Translations under genes and position numbers: made by a program | Shown here: piece by piece, positions 1 through 8,738 of the stretch | How the letters are laid out: each line of letters opens with the position of its first letter | How positions within the stretch are numbered: position 1 is the stretch's first letter | NCBI GenBank assembly: GCA_965263035.1 | Contig: OZ253580.1 | Location: 3,168,001 to 3,232,000, forward strand | Reading direction: 5' to 3' | Source of the DNA: Acidobacteriota bacterium | GTDB lineage: Bacteria; Acidobacteriota; UBA6911; RPQK01; JAJDTT01 | Length of the DNA stretch: 64,000 nt | Notes under the pieces: generated by a model | What the model saw: the letters and a program-made list of their open reading frames with translations, nothing else | What the model was told of the DNA's origin: nothing | Databases searched by the model: none

Positions 1-875
1 GCGCGGTTGGTCTTCCTGTAGAATTCTCTCTCTTGATCGTCGTAGAAGATCTCATCGTGAAATTCACTGCCCAAAGGAGCCTGATCCAATCCGCTTCCGG
101 TCTCCACTGCCTTGATGGCGTTGATGGACATGAGGGCCTGCGCCAACCTGCCGTCCAGCTTGCGGTCCCAATGGACGTGGCTCCCGAGTCCCGGGGGAAC
201 TCCGGCGGCACGGACTTCGAACGTACCGCCCAGGGTATCTCCTCTCTCGATGGCATCGTCCACGGCGGCCTTCATGGACTCGTCCAACGCCGGATCACAG
301 CATCGGAGCGCCGAGGATTCGATCAGGGGAATCAGATCGACGGAAACCGAGTCCAGAAGTTCGGGCGAAATCCGAACGCTCCGAATCGAAATGACGTGGC
401 TGTAGATCCGAATTCCCAGCTCCGTCAGGAGCAGCTTGCAGAATGCGCCGACCGCCACCCTGGAGGCGGTTTCGCGCGCGCTGGAGCGTTCCAGGACGTT
501 TCGCATGTCCTTGAACTGGTATTTCAGGGCGCCCACGAGATCCGCGTGTCCAGGACGCGGTCTGGTGACCCGCCGCTTGCGGACGCCCTCGGGATTGGGT
601 TCCACGCTCATCACGTCGGTCCAGTTGACCCAGTCCCGGTTGTGGATGACGAAAGCGATGGGAGACCCCAGAGTCTCGCCATTGCGCACGCCGGCGAAGA
701 TGTCCACACGGTCGCTCTCGATCTTCATGCGGGCGCCCCGTCCGTAGCCTCTCATGCGCCGTCTCAGATCGGTGTTGATGAACTCGAGGTCAACGGGAAC
801 CCGGGCCGGAAAACCCTCTATCGTGGAAATGAGTCCCCGGCCATGAGATTCGCCGGAAGTCAGGAATCGCAACAT
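1..875 (-). CDS. aroC: Chorismate synthase (partial, 3' end outside window)
   Basis: Manual minus-strand translation from ATG 875: MLRFLTSGESHGRGLISTIEGFP...RRMRGYGRGARMKIESD. The window edge reads QALMSINAIKAVETG...HDEIFY...RKTNR. Missing from the ORF track because it runs off the edge. Confidence 0.95.
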   Translation of the reverse strand, partial: MLRFLTSGESHGRGLISTIEGFPARVPVDLEFINTDLRRRMRGYGRGARMKIESDRVDIFAGVRNGETLGSPIAFVIHNRDWVNWTDVMSVEPNPEGVRKRRVTRPRPGHADLVGALKYQFKDMRNVLERSSARETASRVAVGAFCKLLLTELGIRIYSHVISIRSVRISPELLDSVSVDLIPLIESSALRCCDPALDESMKAAVDDAIERGDTLGGTFEVRAAGVPPGLGSHVHWDRKLDGRLAQALMSINAIKAVETGSGLDQAPLGSEFHDEIFYDDQEREFYRKTNR

Positions 876-1151
876 GATGTTTTTCCGGAACCTGCTGTTA
901 CTAAAGACGTTGCTTGGAAGCGGACCGCCGTCTCTGGTAGAATCACCGGGTTTTTATCGGCCCGCTTCCGGCTGCCCCTGGAGGCAGCCGTCTCCGCATT
1001 TTGGAGACCTCATAGTCTAACATTAACCCGAAATCCACACCGGGTCGCCGAGTGAATCATGAGAAAGATCTTGAACTCAGGCACTTATCCATTTTCGGTG
1101 AGGAATGCGGGATAAAGGACATGCTGCCGGCGGGAGCGGCGGCGGGCGAGG

Positions 1152-1916
1152 GTGATCATGGGTTTCCTTTACAAGATCCTGTATGAGGTCGAGGAGTACG
1201 TCAGCCTCACCGTCCGCAGCGTGACGAACGTCTTCCACCGGCCCCGTTACATTCAGGATACGTTCCAGCAGATGGAGATGATCGGGGTCCGTTCGATTCT
1301 GATCGTGGTCCTGGTCGGTTTTTTCACCGGCGGCGTCCTGGCCCTGCAGACCTCCAAGTCGCTCAAGGCATTCGGCGCCGTGAACCTGATGGGACAACTG
1401 ATCTCCCTGTCGCTGATCCGGGAAATGGGACCCGTGCTGACCGCCTTGATACTGGCCGGCCGGGCGGGTTCGGGCATTGCCTCGGAGTTGGGGTCGATGG
1501 TGGTGACTGAGCAGATCAGCGCGATGCGGGCTCTCGGGACGGATCCCCTGAAGAAACTGGCGACTCCGCGGATCATCGCCTGTACCACCATGGTCCCCCT
1601 CTTGACCGTGATCGCCGACCTTTTCGGGTTGATCGGAGGGTGGCTCGTGTCGTTCTACAATCTCCGTCTGAATACGGCCCTTTACTGGAATACGGCCCTT
1701 CGAGCCATCGACTACAATAGCGTGCTGGAGGGTCTGATGAAGCCGGTCGTGTTCGGCTTTATCATAGGTTCGGTGGGCTGCTACTACGGCCTGGGGACCC
1801 GGGGTGGGACCAGAGGAGTTGGACGGAATACGACTCAGGCCGTGGTGACGGCCTCCATCCTGGTCATCATGGCCGATTTTTTCCTGGGCAAGATCATTCT
1901 GGAATTGTGGCACTGA
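1152..1916 (+). CDS. mlaE: MlaE family ABC transporter permease
   Basis: REMGPVLTALILAGRAGSGIASELGSMVVTEQISAMRALG and GTRGVGRNTTQAVV signatures. Start may be ATG 1158. Confidence 0.92.
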   Translation: MIMGFLYKILYEVEEYVSLTVRSVTNVFHRPRYIQDTFQQMEMIGVRSILIVVLVGFFTGGVLALQTSKSLKAFGAVNLMGQLISLSLIREMGPVLTALILAGRAGSGIASELGSMVVTEQISAMRALGTDPLKKLATPRIIACTTMVPLLTVIADLFGLIGGWLVSFYNLRLNTALYWNTALRAIDYNSVLEGLMKPVVFGFIIGSVGCYYGLGTRGGTRGVGRNTTQAVVTASILVIMADFFLGKIILELWH

Positions 1917-2707
1917 GCGTGATTCGCTTCGAGAACGTCAGCAAGAAGTACGATGACCACACCGTGCTCCAGAATTTCGACATGGAGGTGCGGCGGGGTG
2001 AGACCAAGGTCTTGCTGGGAGGATCCGGGTCCGGGAAATCGACCATCCTCAAAATGGTGGTAGGTCTGGTCAGGCCCGATTCCGGGTCCGTGTTCGTCGA
2101 CGGCGAAGAGATCACCCGGCTTCGCGAGGAGGAGTTGATGCCGATTCGCCGAAAGATCGGCATCGTGTTCCAGGAGGGAGCTCTCTTCGATTCCCTGACA
2201 GTCAGGGAGAATGTGGCCTATCGGATCCTTGAGTCCGATGAGTATACGATGGAGCAGGTGGAGAGCTGGGTGGTCCGGCTCCTGGGGTTTGTGGGTTTGC
2301 AGGACGCTGTCGACAAGATGCCGTCGGAACTGTCGGGAGGAATGAAAAGGCGTGTGGCCATCGCCCGGGCGTTGATGGGAAATCCCAGGATCATGCTCTA
2401 CGACGAGCCGACGGCAGGGCTCGATCCCATCACCAGCAGAATCACCTGTGAGCTCATCATGAGACTGCGGGACTTGGAGGACGTGACCGGGATTCTGGTC
2501 ACCAACGACCTGCGGGCGGTACGCGCCCTTTCCGGGGAAGTGTCCACACAAGCTCCGGATGGAACCGTCGGCTTCGAGCCGGTGGCCCCGGAAAGAACGC
2601 TGAGAAACACCCGCTTCGTGATGATCAAGAAAGGACGGATCCATTACGAGGGGGGGGATCCCTCCAGAGAGGGCGGTGACGAACACGTCCGTGAGTTCCT
2701 GGCCTGA
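1907..2707 (+). CDS. mlaF: MlaF family ABC transporter ATP-binding protein
   Basis: Walker A GGSGSGKS, FQEGALFDSLTV, signature LSGGMKRR, Walker B LYDEPTAGLDPI. Lies between mlaE and mlaD. Start may be GTG 1919. Confidence 0.9.
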   Translation: MALSVIRFENVSKKYDDHTVLQNFDMEVRRGETKVLLGGSGSGKSTILKMVVGLVRPDSGSVFVDGEEITRLREEELMPIRRKIGIVFQEGALFDSLTVRENVAYRILESDEYTMEQVESWVVRLLGFVGLQDAVDKMPSELSGGMKRRVAIARALMGNPRIMLYDEPTAGLDPITSRITCELIMRLRDLEDVTGILVTNDLRAVRALSGEVSTQAPDGTVGFEPVAPERTLRNTRFVMIKKGRIHYEGGDPSREGGDEHVREFLA

Positions 2708-2773
2708 GTCTCCCCTGGACGAGCGCTGTGGAGCGGTGGGGCGATCGGGCTCTTGGGGTCGTGGGGAAAGAGC

Positions 2774-4060
2774 ATGAACAGAGGCAGAGGAAAACCCACC
2801 CGTCTCGCCGAGGTCAAGGTCGGAATTTTCGTCATCGTCGCGACGGCGATCCTGGCTTTGGCCGTTTTCAACATCGGCACCCGAGTCGGCCTCCTGGAGG
2901 AGAGGTTTCGAGCCAAGACGTACCTCAATGACACCTCGGGCCTGAAGCCGTCGGACATTGTTCTCATCGGGGGTGTCGAAGCCGGAAACGTCGGCCGGAT
3001 CAAGATCTCCAAGCCGGGCGAGATGCCTCCGACCGAGTCGAATCAGATCAACAGGGCACGGATCCGGGAGCTGGAGAATCTGGCGGAAGAGGAGCGGCGG
3101 AAGCCGGCGCCCGACGAGAAGCGTCTCGATGAGATCCAGTCCGGGATCGACAGGGTTCGGCGCCGGCTCCAGAACGTGGAGGTCTATCTGGACATCAAGC
3201 AGGAGTATCGGCTCTGGATCCAGCGGGACAGCAACATCTCCCTGGGGTCCATCGGCCTGCTGGGAGACAAGTACGTGGAGGTCTCCCTGGGACGGTCCAA
3301 CGAGCCTGCCTTGGTGGTCGAAGAGAAATTCGAGACCTGGTTCGGCGTGGAGACCGATGAGGTGTTGGTGATCACCGGTTCCACCGAGAGTGGCTTCAGG
3401 GAACTCATCATCGGAGCCAACGACGTGCTGGTCAACGTCGAGGCTCTATCGGGGCGGTTGGAAGAAATCATGCAGGAACTGGGCGAAGGGAAGGGTACCG
3501 TCGGCCAGTTCCTGACCAATCCCGAATTCTTCAACAAGGTGAACCTGATCATGGCTTCGACCCAGCAGACCACCGAAAGAGTGGCCGCGCTCGTCGAACG
3601 CCTCATCGAAGGGTCCGGGACCGTTCCCAGCCTCATTCGGGAGGATGACATCTACCAGAGCATCCGGGGAATTTCCACTCGGATGGATGAAATCATCAGG
3701 CGAATCGAGCAGGGGGAGGGCACTCTGGGAAAGCTCTCGAAGGATCCCTCGCTCTACGACAGGATCGAACACACGACTGCCAGCATCGAGTCCATTACCA
3801 AGCGCATGGAAGCCGGAGAGGGCACTCTGGGACGACTGTCAACGGATGACCAACTCTATGTGGACATGCGCCGCACCATGGAGCAGATGGCCGAGTTCCT
3901 GAAGGCGATTCAGGACGGGGAGGGAACCCTGGGCCGGTTGGCGAAGGACGAAGCGCTGTATCAGAATCTGAATCATCTGACCTCGGAAATGGTGAAGTTG
4001 ATCCATGACTTCCGGCAGGATCCCAGGAAGTTCCTGACCATCCGATTCAAGCTGTTCTGA
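2774..4060 (+). CDS. mlaD: MlaD/MCE family protein with long helical-repeat C-terminus
   Basis: N-terminal TM (EVKVGIFVIVATAILALAVF), MCE motifs SGLKPSDIVLIGGVEAGNV and SIGLLGDKYVEV, repeated GEGTLGKL..D..LY units, ends DPRKFLTIRFKLF. Confidence 0.88.
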   Translation: MNRGRGKPTRLAEVKVGIFVIVATAILALAVFNIGTRVGLLEERFRAKTYLNDTSGLKPSDIVLIGGVEAGNVGRIKISKPGEMPPTESNQINRARIRELENLAEEERRKPAPDEKRLDEIQSGIDRVRRRLQNVEVYLDIKQEYRLWIQRDSNISLGSIGLLGDKYVEVSLGRSNEPALVVEEKFETWFGVETDEVLVITGSTESGFRELIIGANDVLVNVEALSGRLEEIMQELGEGKGTVGQFLTNPEFFNKVNLIMASTQQTTERVAALVERLIEGSGTVPSLIREDDIYQSIRGISTRMDEIIRRIEQGEGTLGKLSKDPSLYDRIEHTTASIESITKRMEAGEGTLGRLSTDDQLYVDMRRTMEQMAEFLKAIQDGEGTLGRLAKDEALYQNLNHLTSEMVKLIHDFRQDPRKFLTIRFKLF

Positions 4061-4076
4061 GTCGGGGAGAGAATCC

Positions 4077-4904
4077 ATGATTTCGCAAACCATCGGCCAG
4101 GGAGCCCGGGTCATCCTGAGGGGAATCGTGTGGGGACTCATGACCTTGCACATCAAACCCAATCACCTCACCGTTCTGGGGTTCGTCACCAGCATCTGGG
4201 CCGCTTTCGTTTTTGCACGTGGCCACTTCGTTTCCGCCGGCCTGGTTCTGATTCTCGCCGGCCTGTTCGACATGGTGGACGGGATGGTGGCCCGGACCGC
4301 CAACACCGCGACTCCCTTCGGGGCCTTCTTCGATTCGGTGATGGACCGTTACTCGGACCTGATCATCTACCTGGGCCTCATCATTTATTACGGCCAGCAG
4401 GACCGGTTCACCTACGTCGTATTGGTGAGCATCGCCATGATGGGGTCGGTCCTGATCAGCTACACCAGGGCCCGGGCCGAATGTCTGATTCCCAGTTGCA
4501 AGGTCGGTTTCCTGGAACGCCCCGAACGCCTGGTTCTGCTCATCATCGGCTCCTTCTACTCCATGGAGCCCGTCCTCTGGGCCATTGCCGTCATCGGAAA
4601 CTGGACGGTGATTCACCGCATTCTCCACACTCGCTCACAGATGAGACCGTCCGGGCAGCAGCGAGGTCAGGGGCGCTCCGGCCGGGCGCCGGCGGGAGCG
4701 ATGCGATACGTCCGTGGAACCTGGCGCTACGATGTGGTCTGCGTAATTATCCTGGGCTTTGTTCTTCTGACTCCGGCCGCGGTCTTCGACGGCTCCCACT
4801 TCTCCAAGAGGCAGGAGCCGGAAAGTCCGAAAGAGATCCTGCCCGACCCGAAGAAAACCCAGATCCAGACCTTCAGCAGAGGGATACTGCTGCCCTCCAG
4901 GTAG
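4077..4904 (+). CDS. CDP-alcohol phosphatidyltransferase family protein with C-terminal extension
   Basis: PNHLT and DMVDGMVAR...FGAFFDSVMDRYSD catalytic motif; SYTRARAE and GFLERPER of the PgsA1/PIP-synthase-like subgroup. Confidence 0.88.
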   Translation: MISQTIGQGARVILRGIVWGLMTLHIKPNHLTVLGFVTSIWAAFVFARGHFVSAGLVLILAGLFDMVDGMVARTANTATPFGAFFDSVMDRYSDLIIYLGLIIYYGQQDRFTYVVLVSIAMMGSVLISYTRARAECLIPSCKVGFLERPERLVLLIIGSFYSMEPVLWAIAVIGNWTVIHRILHTRSQMRPSGQQRGQGRSGRAPAGAMRYVRGTWRYDVVCVIILGFVLLTPAAVFDGSHFSKRQEPESPKEILPDPKKTQIQTFSRGILLPSR

Positions 4905-4927
4905 GAGATCGTACCGCCTTGGAACGA

Positions 4928-5632
4928 ATGGAATCGGCGCCGCGGAGCTCCCTCCTCTTTCTGCTTCTCGGTTTCCTCACCGCTCATTCATTGGAGGCCG
5001 TGCAGGCGGCGCGAGCAGCCCCCGGTCTGGAGTCGGTGCTGGAAAACATGGACCGGAGAGGCGGCGATCTCCGATCCATGAGCGCCACCATCGTCCAGAA
5101 GAAATGGACCGACATTCTGGAGGAGTTCGACCAGGAAGAGCGGGGCGAGTTTTATTTCCTCAGGGAGAAAGAGGCGATCCGTCTGAGGAGAGACATCACG
5201 GTACCGGGGCGGAGCACCCTTCTGATCAACGACGGAAAAGGAATCTTCTACCAACCGCTTCTCAAGCAGGCCAACCGCTACGATCTGGGGGCGAGGAAGG
5301 ATCGGGCCGAGTTCCTGCTGCTTGGCTTCGTTTCCAAGAAGGATGCCCTCCGCGAGGCCTACTCCATACGGTGGCTGGGTCCCGAAATGGTTGGCGACCG
5401 GCAGACGTACGTACTCGAATTGACCCCTCGATCCAGCAAAGTCTCCGCCTTTTTCTCCCGAATCGTGCTCTGGGTCGACGGCCGGCTCTGGGTCCCCATT
5501 CAGCAAAAGCTGGTGGAGCCCACGCGTGACTACCTGCTGATTCGGTTCGAAGACGTCCGTTTGAACCTGAACCTGCCGGCTTCCAGATTCGATCTGGAGT
5601 TGCCTCCCGACGTCAACGTCATCCAATTCTGA
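4928..5632 (+). CDS. LolA-family periplasmic lipoprotein carrier-like protein
   Basis: 3' part of ORF 4130..5632 from ATG 4928: signal peptide, then TLLINDGKGIFYQP, YVLELTPR, IVLWVD, IRFEDVRLN..LPASRFDLELPPDV, typical of the LolA fold. Confidence 0.8.
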   Translation: MESAPRSSLLFLLLGFLTAHSLEAVQAARAAPGLESVLENMDRRGGDLRSMSATIVQKKWTDILEEFDQEERGEFYFLREKEAIRLRRDITVPGRSTLLINDGKGIFYQPLLKQANRYDLGARKDRAEFLLLGFVSKKDALREAYSIRWLGPEMVGDRQTYVLELTPRSSKVSAFFSRIVLWVDGRLWVPIQQKLVEPTRDYLLIRFEDVRLNLNLPASRFDLELPPDVNVIQF

Positions 5633-5684
5633 CCGGAAATCGGAAAACGGGGTCGAGCAGTCGGTCAACCGACTCCGGCTGCGA

Positions 5685-6395
5685 CTACTCGGGATCCGAG
5701 CTCACAAGCCGGCCATCCTTCATCCTGATGACACGGCTGGCGGCAGCGGCGGCATCCGGATTGTGGGTGATCATCAGGATGGTCTGGTTGTAACGGTGAT
5801 TCAGCTCTTTCAGGATGGAGAGCACGTTGCCGGAGTTCTGGGAATCCAGGTTTCCGGTGGGTTCATCCGCCAGCAGCAAGGCGGGACGATTGATGACGGC
5901 GCGCGCCACGGAGATGCGCTGCTGTTCACCGCCTGAAAGCTCGGAGGGCTTGTGATCCATCTTGCCCTCCAGTCCCAACAGCTGGAAGATCTCTCGAGTG
6001 CGGGCCTCATTCTGATGGCCGTTGCCATGAATGCGGCACGCCAGCTCGATGTTGTGCCGGGCCGTCAGCGTGGACAGCAGATTGAACCGCTGAAAAACGA
6101 ACCCGATCTTCATCTTGCGGATTTCGGTTCTTTCCGCATCGCTGACCAGGCTCATCTCCACTCCGTCGATCCAGATCCGGCCTGAAGTGGGGGTCAGGAG
6201 TCCGCCCAGGAGATGGAGCAGGGTGGATTTGCCGCAGCCGCTTGGCCCCATGATGGCCAGGAACTCGCCGGTCCGGACCTTCAGGTTGATGCCGCGCAGA
6301 GCAGGGACCTCCATCTTCCCGATGCGGAAGACCATCTGCAGGTCCTCGGCCACCACCAGATTCTTGTCTCGATCCATTTCCAGAGTGTGCCTCAT
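5685..6395 (-). CDS. ABC transporter ATP-binding protein, LolD/MacB-like
   Basis: [42 protein letters not shown]. Confidence 0.9.
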   Translation of the reverse strand: MRHTLEMDRDKNLVVAEDLQMVFRIGKMEVPALRGINLKVRTGEFLAIMGPSGCGKSTLLHLLGGLLTPTSGRIWIDGVEMSLVSDAERTEIRKMKIGFVFQRFNLLSTLTARHNIELACRIHGNGHQNEARTREIFQLLGLEGKMDHKPSELSGGEQQRISVARAVINRPALLLADEPTGNLDSQNSGNVLSILKELNHRYNQTILMITHNPDAAAAASRVIRMKDGRLVSSDPE

Positions 6396-6483
6396 TCAGG
6401 AGAGCCCCCCAACGGAATTCAAATGACGGGAGCCCTCTCGGCCGCGAGCCTTAGTTGGACAATCCAGGGTAGCCGCAACCGTA

Positions 6484-6513
6484 ATTGTATACTGGTTCGG
6501 AAGCGGGCTTCAA
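6484..6513 (-). promoter_or_regulatory. Putative sigma70 promoter for the LolD-like gene
   Basis: TTGAAG-N18-TACAAT on the minus strand, about 90 nt upstream of the start. Confidence 0.45.
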
Positions 6514-6544
6514 CGCCTCGGGATTCGAGGACAGGACGAGCGTT

Positions 6545-6610
6545 GGGAACGGGGGTTTTCAACCCCCGATTCCGGGGGGCGTGGGGGGGGGGCAAGACTG
6601 TCCCCGCTCC
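6545..6610. repeat. Degenerate REP-like palindromic element with G10 tract
   Basis: Hairpin CGGGGGTT-TTC-AACCCCCG, a G10 run at 6583-6592 and a ...TCCCCGCTCC end resembling the 32685-32795 element. Confidence 0.4.
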
Positions 6611-6632
6611 AAGTCCCCCCTCCTGGTCCGGT

Positions 6633-7511
6633 CTATTGGAGAGTGATCATTTCGGCTCCGGGCGGGACCGGCAGTTGGAAGTGGCGTTCCTCCAACTCGC
6701 GGCCGATTTTCAGGCTCTCCGGCTCCAACTGGAGCCGGAGTGTGTATCGTTCCCGGGGGCGTTCCAGCACGATTCCAGTGTTGACGGCCACTTGACCCAA
6801 GGCGACGGGCGCGGTGTAACGGATCGAGCCCGCGACCCCGCCGTCGGGGTTGAAGTAGTCTTGCCGCACCAGCTCCAACTGGCTGCGCTCGATCCAGAGT
6901 CTCCTTTTCACGCGCAGGTTTTGGCGGTGCAGCTCATGGATGACGTAGTACTTGGATCTGGCGTCCTTCTCCTCGATCATGTTGACTCGTGCTGCCGGTC
7001 CCGTCGGAAGCGGCTCGATCAGGATGGCCGGAAGCACATGCTCCGGCCGGACGTTGTACAGGGGATTGTCGTAATCGCGCTCCAGTTGGGTGCTCCCGGT
7101 GACGAACTTGTTCTTCGTGGGCGCCCAGATCTGGAACTTGGCTTGACGACTGGCCATGGCGACGACGGTGGTTCGAGTCAGCGGATTCAGCACGTTGATA
7201 CGGATGGCATCGGGTCGCTTGGCGATGAGCTGGGAAGGGGCCTTTCGATAACGCTCATGGTAACCGGCGTCCGGCGAGTGCCCTTCCAGCTCCAACCTCA
7301 CCTTGGCGACCAGGCTTTCCACGCTGGCGTACGACGTGTTGATCCGTTCGACCAGATCCAGGAGTGTGGACTCCAGAACCCGCCGGTGGGCAGGAGCCGT
7401 CTCGACCCGGACCTTGGTTTTGATGACCTTTTTGCAGCCGGCCGGCAGCAGCGCCAGCAGCAGGATAGCGAGCAGCGTACGCCCTGCCGAACCGGAGGCG
7501 GGTGGGGTCAC
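6633..7511 (-). CDS. Lipoprotein with predicted LolA/LolB-like fold (DUF4292-like)
   Basis: Lipobox LPAG-C, then SVESLVAKVRL, IAKRPDAIRINVLNPL, RRLWIERSQL and HFQLPVPPGAE. Confidence 0.6.
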   Translation of the reverse strand: MTPPASGSAGRTLLAILLLALLPAGCKKVIKTKVRVETAPAHRRVLESTLLDLVERINTSYASVESLVAKVRLELEGHSPDAGYHERYRKAPSQLIAKRPDAIRINVLNPLTRTTVVAMASRQAKFQIWAPTKNKFVTGSTQLERDYDNPLYNVRPEHVLPAILIEPLPTGPAARVNMIEEKDARSKYYVIHELHRQNLRVKRRLWIERSQLELVRQDYFNPDGGVAGSIRYTAPVALGQVAVNTGIVLERPRERYTLRLQLEPESLKIGRELEERHFQLPVPPGAEMITLQ

Positions 7512-8164
7512 GTGGCCTCCCCGGAGAAAGCCTTTTTTCGGTTCCTTCTCCGGATCAGGACGATCGCCGTCAAGACGGCGACCAGGGACAGGAAAAGGAT
7601 GACACCGACGGTTTTCATTTCTTCCTGGAGGACCTGCTTGGCGGCCTCACCATAGAGAACTGCCAGAATTCCCCACATGAAGTACCGGATGGTCCTGCCC
7701 AGAGAGATCAACACAATAAATCGACCCGGAGGGATCCGGAAGAGGCCGGCGGAAAGGACGAAGATCTTGAAGGGAGTTGGAGGGGGGAGGACGGCCGGCA
7801 CCAGGAGGGTCCAGATTCCCCAGCGGTCGTACAATCGCCGCATCTCGTTTCGTCTTTTCTCGGACAGCCTCCTCTTCACGAAATCCCCGCCTCTACGGCC
7901 GACGCTGTACAGGAGCGTGCATCCCAGGACGGACCCGATGATGGTCATGGTCACGTAGTAGGACATGAGGTCCCAGGACTGTCCGGTGGAAAGAGCAATG
8001 ATCAGAATGTCGTTTCCTTCGGGAATGGACAGGAAAGAGGAATCGGCCAGCGCCACCAACAGCAGGGCGGGTCCTCCATACTCCACGACGGTCGCATAGA
8101 GACCACTGAACATCTCCTGGATCTGCTGCCAGAAGCTCATGCTGCAGATTGTGAACAGCGCCAT
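7508..8164 (-). CDS. DedA/YqaA (VTT domain) membrane protein
   Basis: ALADSSFLSIPEGND, GSVLGCTLLYSVGRRGG, LPPPTPFKIFVLSAG, GRTIRYF. Start placed at ATG 8164 because ATG 8176 overlaps a -10 hexamer. Confidence 0.85.
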   Translation of the reverse strand: MALFTICSMSFWQQIQEMFSGLYATVVEYGGPALLLVALADSSFLSIPEGNDILIIALSTGQSWDLMSYYVTMTIIGSVLGCTLLYSVGRRGGDFVKRRLSEKRRNEMRRLYDRWGIWTLLVPAVLPPPTPFKIFVLSAGLFRIPPGRFIVLISLGRTIRYFMWGILAVLYGEAAKQVLQEEMKTVGVILFLSLVAVLTAIVLIRRRNRKKAFSGEAT

Positions 8165-8268
8165 TTCGAGTAACATGTTATCAGAGCCGATCGATGGGCC
8201 TGCTCGGCTCTTCAGACGGCTCTGTCATCCGGTGTGACAACCGGGACGGCAGAACTTGGAAGTAAACC

Positions 8269-8724
8269 TTGCCCATGGTCGAGTCTCTGCAAGGCATGGA
8301 TTCCGAAGGGATCGAGCTCGAGATGGATCGTATCGAGACTCTCTACAGAGAGTACGTTCTGGGCGGACGTGTGCGTCCTGTGAGCCTGGCCGGAAGGAAG
8401 TGCCGCCCCCGGATCATGGACACCATCTTGGGCTTTGAGATTCGGGCCGGCTCCAGAAAAATCGCTTGTCCCGACATTACCAGCGCTCGCTATCTGGTGA
8501 TCTTTACCGAGCTGGGAATGGATTTGGTGTGCATCCCGTACGACCCCACGCGGACCGCCAGGATCCTTCCCCAGTTGGAGCGGTCCTTCGGTCGGATCAG
8601 GGAACTCTTGGCGGAAGCCGACGACCCGGGAACGGCGCGACAGAAAACGGGACGCGTGTACGCTAAGCTGAGGGATCGTCTCAGGAAGGCCGAGCGAAGG
8701 TTTCCCGGGATCGATTCCTGCTGA
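8269..8724 (+). CDS. Conserved hypothetical protein
   Basis: Fills the gap between yqaA and dnaK; globular-looking (ILGFEIRAGSRKIACPDITSARYL...IPYDPT). Start uncertain. Confidence 0.65.
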   Translation: MPMVESLQGMDSEGIELEMDRIETLYREYVLGGRVRPVSLAGRKCRPRIMDTILGFEIRAGSRKIACPDITSARYLVIFTELGMDLVCIPYDPTRTARILPQLERSFGRIRELLAEADDPGTARQKTGRVYAKLRDRLRKAERRFPGIDSC

Positions 8725-8738
8725 CTCGAAGGACCAAC

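Noticed and set aside
33-1055. 340-aa plus-strand ORF, and many similar long antisense ORFs (for example 6213-7655, 14327-16021, 33987-36038, 51744-53678)
   Set aside because: They are shadows of clear genes on the opposite strand, expected in high-GC DNA, and carry no motifs.
4130-4927. Long N-terminal extensions on the LolA-like ORF, and likewise on aroK (36082), ruvC (43995) and DUF58 (61800)
   Set aside because: They overlap upstream genes in another frame. Better starts with operon-style spacing exist downstream.
6571-6592. G6 and G10 tracts as a phase-variation switch or G-quadruplex
   Set aside because: Intergenic, outside the predicted promoter spacer and inside a decayed REP-like element; no evidence of function.
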